Shown: positions 61,137 to 64,000 of the stretch, one piece after another
How the letters are laid out: each line of letters opens with the position of its first letter
How positions within the stretch are numbered: the stretch's first letter is position 1
Assembly: GCA_016709225.1 (NCBI GenBank)
Contig: JADJEE010000012.1
Coordinates: forward strand, 2,243,630-2,307,629
Direction of reading: 5' to 3'
From: Deltaproteobacteria bacterium
GTDB taxonomy: Bacteria; Myxococcota_A; Polyangia; Nannocystales; Nannocystaceae
DNA length: 64,000 nt
Notes under the pieces: model-generated
The model's database searches: none
Seen by the model: only the letters and a program-made list of their open reading frames with translations
What the model was told of the DNA's origin: nothing
Translations under genes and position numbers: made by a program

Positions 61137-62357
61137 GTGCTCGGCAACCACGCCAGCGATTCTGCCACGACCGCGTCGGTCTCGCGGCTCGTACCGTCGT
61201 TGGCACAGCATGCTGCGCCCCGAATACGGGTGGCGGCGCCGAGGCCGATCCGTGGCCGGCGCTCGTGGCATGCTCGCCGCATCCGCGTGGACGACTCGGT
61301 TCCGACCAAGGTCTCCGGCCACCTGCGCAAGCGCTTCGGCCACAACGAAGGCGTGCAGTACTGGTTCCGCACCCCCGACGGGCAGACACGCACCTCGTCG
61401 GCGGGCTTCGCCAGTCGTCGGCCGCCACGCCGCGTCACGCCGGCGACGACGTTCCACTGCTTCTCGACCACCAAGCCGATCACCGCGCTCGCGCTGCTGC
61501 AGCTGGCGGCCGACGGCAAGGTCGATCTCGACGCGCCGGTGCGCGAGTCGTTGCCGGAGATTCCCTACGACAACGGCATGACCGCCCGTCAGCTGCTGTC
61601 GCACCAGGGCGGCCTGCCGAACCCGCTGCCGCTGGCGTGGGTGCACCGCGCCGAGGACCACGCGGGCTTCGACCGGCAGGCCTTCCTCGAGCGCGTGCTG
61701 AAAGAGAACCCGCGCGCCGAGCCGCCGGGCAAGAAGGCCCGCTACTCCAACATCGGGTACCTGCTGCTCGGTGCGATGATCGAGCGCGTCTCGGGCCAGC
61801 CCTACCCCGTGTTCGTGCGCCAGCGGATCCTCGACGTGGTGCGATCGCGCGACGTCACGGCCTTCCTCGACTTCGGGGCGCCGGTCGAGCGACACGCGGT
61901 GGGCTACACGCGCGTGGTCTCGGGCATCGGCCTCGCGCTGGCGTTCATGCGAGATCCCGCCAAGCTGCGCACACGCGAAGGCGGCTGGATCCGCTACCAC
62001 CCCTTCCACCTCGACGGCGCCGCGTACGGTGGCCTCGAGGGCAACGTACGGGGCTGGGCGCCGCTACTCACCGCGATCGTCGATCGTGATCCCCGGCTGC
62101 TGCCACCCGAGTGGTACGCGACATGGTTCGCGCCGCAGTCGCTCGCCTCGGGTGCGCCGTCGGGCCACGCGTTGTCGTGGTTCACCGGCGACACCGCCGG
62201 CCATGCGCACCTGCGCCACGCCGGCGGTGGCTCGGGCTACGGCGCCGAGATCCGCATCTACCCCGAACTCGGGGCCGCCAGCGCGATCCTCTGCAACACC
62301 ACGGTCGTCAGCGACACGCGCATGCTCGACGAGCTCGACGCGCTGTGGCTGCCGTGA
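61137..62357 (+). CDS. Serine hydrolase of the beta-lactamase / penicillin-binding-protein-like fold
   Basis: S-x-x-K motif (FHCFSTTKPITA), Y-x-N (YSNIGY), HxG-like C-terminus (HAGGGSGYGA). The true start is likely an internal GTG, because 61137 sits 15 nt from the divergent start at 61121. Confidence 0.75.
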   Translation: MLGNHASDSATTASVSRLVPSLAQHAAPRIRVAAPRPIRGRRSWHARRIRVDDSVPTKVSGHLRKRFGHNEGVQYWFRTPDGQTRTSSAGFASRRPPRRVTPATTFHCFSTTKPITALALLQLAADGKVDLDAPVRESLPEIPYDNGMTARQLLSHQGGLPNPLPLAWVHRAEDHAGFDRQAFLERVLKENPRAEPPGKKARYSNIGYLLLGAMIERVSGQPYPVFVRQRILDVVRSRDVTAFLDFGAPVERHAVGYTRVVSGIGLALAFMRDPAKLRTREGGWIRYHPFHLDGAAYGGLEGNVRGWAPLLTAIVDRDPRLLPPEWYATWFAPQSLASGAPSGHALSWFTGDTAGHAHLRHAGGGSGYGAEIRIYPELGAASAILCNTTVVSDTRMLDELDALWLP

Positions 62358-62446
62358 TCCACACCCACGACGATGGAAAAAGACCGCGGCCGCTCGATGC
62401 GACCGCGGTCCATGCCGTCGTGCACGAAGACGTGCACGCATGCGCA

Positions 62447-63661
62447 TCAGTGACGACGGCGACGCAGCAGCGCGAGGCCGAACGCACCGAACGCAGCCCA
62501 CAGCGGGCTACCACCGCCGGAGCTGTTGCAGACGCAGCCACCGCTGCCGTCGTCCTCGCCGCCGGTGCCCTCGTCGCTGCCACCGCCGGAGTCGTCGCTT
62601 CCGGCGGTCGCGCTCGCGGTCGCGGTCGCGCTCGCCGAGGCGTCGCCACCGCTGGTGTCCGCACCCGACGCGCTGGCGCTGGCGCTGCCGCTGTCGGCCG
62701 CGGTGGTGCCACCGTCGGAGCCGCTGCTCGTGCCGGGGTCGACCTCGACCGTGCAATCCGCCGCGCAACCGTCACCGGGATCGGTGTTCATGTCGTCGCA
62801 CTCTTCGACGCCCTCTTGCACGAGGCCATCGCCACACACCGCCGTGGTGCACGTGCTGGTGCAGGCCGCGGTGTCGGCGTTCATCAGGCCGTCGTCGCAC
62901 TCCTCGCCCTTGTCCATCAGGCCATTGCCGCAGACGTCGAGCAGACGGAACGTGATGCCCTCGATGCCGAGCTCGTCGCGCGCCGGGCCCGCGCCTCCGG
63001 CGTCGTCACCCGACCACGAGATGTAGTAGACGCCGCCGTCGGGGATCGGGGTCTCGGGCGTGATCACCTCGACCACGTCGGTCCCAACGAAGCCGTCGCG
63101 GTCGGCCGCCATCGGCGTGACGATGGGCTCGCCGATGGCGGTGTAGGCCATGTTGTCGGCCGAGTGCTCCAGCGACACGGTGCTGCTGCGACCGACGTCG
63201 TTGTTGACCCACAGGGTGTACTCGACCTGCACGTCGGTGATGTCGGCGCCGGTGTTGTTGACGAGGCGCAGCACCACGCGGCCGGGGGTGAAGGCGAGAT
63301 CGGTGGGCTGGATGCCGAAGGCGATCGTGCCGGCGCCGTCGATGTCGAAGGCCCACACACCGGGATCGTCGACGTTGCCGGTGCTGATGCCGCGCGCGTA
63401 GTCGCTGCCTGCGCCGCCGGCCGTGCCGCCGAAGTCGAGCACGCTGCTACCGCTGAGCCGCACCGACCAGTCGTCGGAGTCGAGCTGTCCCGCGGCCGGC
63501 TCGGGATCGAAGCCGCTGCCGTCGAAGGCCGAGAGGTCGATCTGGACCACCGGCGCGAGATCGACATCGGCGAGTGCCGGCTGCGTCGCCAATGCGACAC
63601 CGACACCAGCGAAGAGCGACAGACCACGGATACGACCCGAAGTAAGAACTGAAGTACGCAT
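62447..63661 (-). CDS. Secreted protein with Myxococcus Cys-rich repeats and a MYXO-CTERM sorting signal
   Basis: Signal (LSLFAGVGVALA). CGNG...EECDDG and CGDG...EECDD repeats. C-terminal tail reads GGCVCNSSGGGSPLWAAFGAFGLALLRRRRH. Confidence 0.7.
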   Translation of the reverse strand: MRTSVLTSGRIRGLSLFAGVGVALATQPALADVDLAPVVQIDLSAFDGSGFDPEPAAGQLDSDDWSVRLSGSSVLDFGGTAGGAGSDYARGISTGNVDDPGVWAFDIDGAGTIAFGIQPTDLAFTPGRVVLRLVNNTGADITDVQVEYTLWVNNDVGRSSTVSLEHSADNMAYTAIGEPIVTPMAADRDGFVGTDVVEVITPETPIPDGGVYYISWSGDDAGGAGPARDELGIEGITFRLLDVCGNGLMDKGEECDDGLMNADTAACTSTCTTAVCGDGLVQEGVEECDDMNTDPGDGCAADCTVEVDPGTSSGSDGGTTAADSGSASASASGADTSGGDASASATATASATAGSDDSGGGSDEGTGGEDDGSGGCVCNSSGGGSPLWAAFGAFGLALLRRRRH

Positions 63662-64000
63662 CCCCCGAGGGTAGACCGCTTCCAAGGTCACCGCAACGGC
63701 AGAAGACCGCGCGGGTCGACGCGGCGGGGCATGGGTCACGCCCGCCAGCGAGAACGTCAATCGCCAGGAGCGCGATCGATCGCACACCATCGACGGGAGG
63801 TTCGGAGGCCCCGCGCTCCGTACGACCCGCGCCGACAGCTCGCGCGCGCACCATAGGGACGAGCGATCTCGGCACGAACGTGCCGTCGAGCCCGCGCCGC
63901 GATCGCTGCGCCGTGCGTCCTCGCTACAGGGCGACCGCCAGCCCCCGCCAGGGGTGGAACACCGTGTGAATGCGCGTGCGTTAGAGTTCGGCATGCGCCT

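Noticed and set aside
60917-62089. 390-aa + ORF overlapping the serine-hydrolase gene in a different frame
   Set aside because: Arg-rich translation. The 61137 frame carries the S-x-x-K / Y-x-N motifs.

Overview
This is a ~70% GC, gene-dense window that is almost certainly from a myxobacterium (Myxococcales). Two secreted proteins end in a MYXO-CTERM-type sorting tail (Cys-containing motif, then a hydrophobic helix, then an Arg cluster). Several others carry Myxococcus-type Cys-rich repeats or MopE-like metal-binding repeats. The window is dominated by lipoproteins and secreted proteins, with two paralogous Ser/Thr kinase-TPR genes. No rRNA, tRNA, CRISPR array or transposase/IS element was seen by eye. 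The six-frame track treats ATG/GTG/TTG as starts, so many ORFs have spurious Arg/Ala-rich N-terminal extensions. I trimmed starts to the first plausible start after which a signal peptide or conserved N-terminus begins. Recognisable content, roughly in order: a segmental duplication around an FAD-monooxygenase, TetR and membrane-methyltransferase-like trio, one copy carrying a 436-bp deletion. A metallo-mystery pair of the MXAN_0977 type (four-Cys lipoprotein plus a MauG/MbnH-like di-heme cytochrome c peroxidase). A cydA with no cydB, lying 10 nt downstream of a Tat-exported Ntn asparaginase. A tandem-VOC lipoprotein, then a CxxCH heme motif fused to a PHM/DBH-like copper monooxygenase fold. 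A perfect 26-nt palindromic element spanning both stop codons of two convergent genes. A co-directional minus-strand gene array (26075-31487) centred on a PAAR-like (DUF4150) protein with a C-terminal HExxH domain, preceded by a 610-aa helical protein and followed by two small overlapping ORFs that may be immunity genes. I rank this last array as the best candidate for an undescribed polymorphic toxin module. A tripartite efflux operon (HlyD, ABC ATPase, FtsX permease, TolC) with 4-nt ATGA stop/start overlaps, next to a HisKA_3 kinase / NarL-type regulator pair. An LLM flavin oxidoreductase, a second di-heme c-type lipoprotein, a MopE-like repeat protein and a serine-hydrolase (beta-lactamase fold) gene. 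A recurring theme is a set of secreted Cu/heme redox proteins at five separate places in 64 kb.
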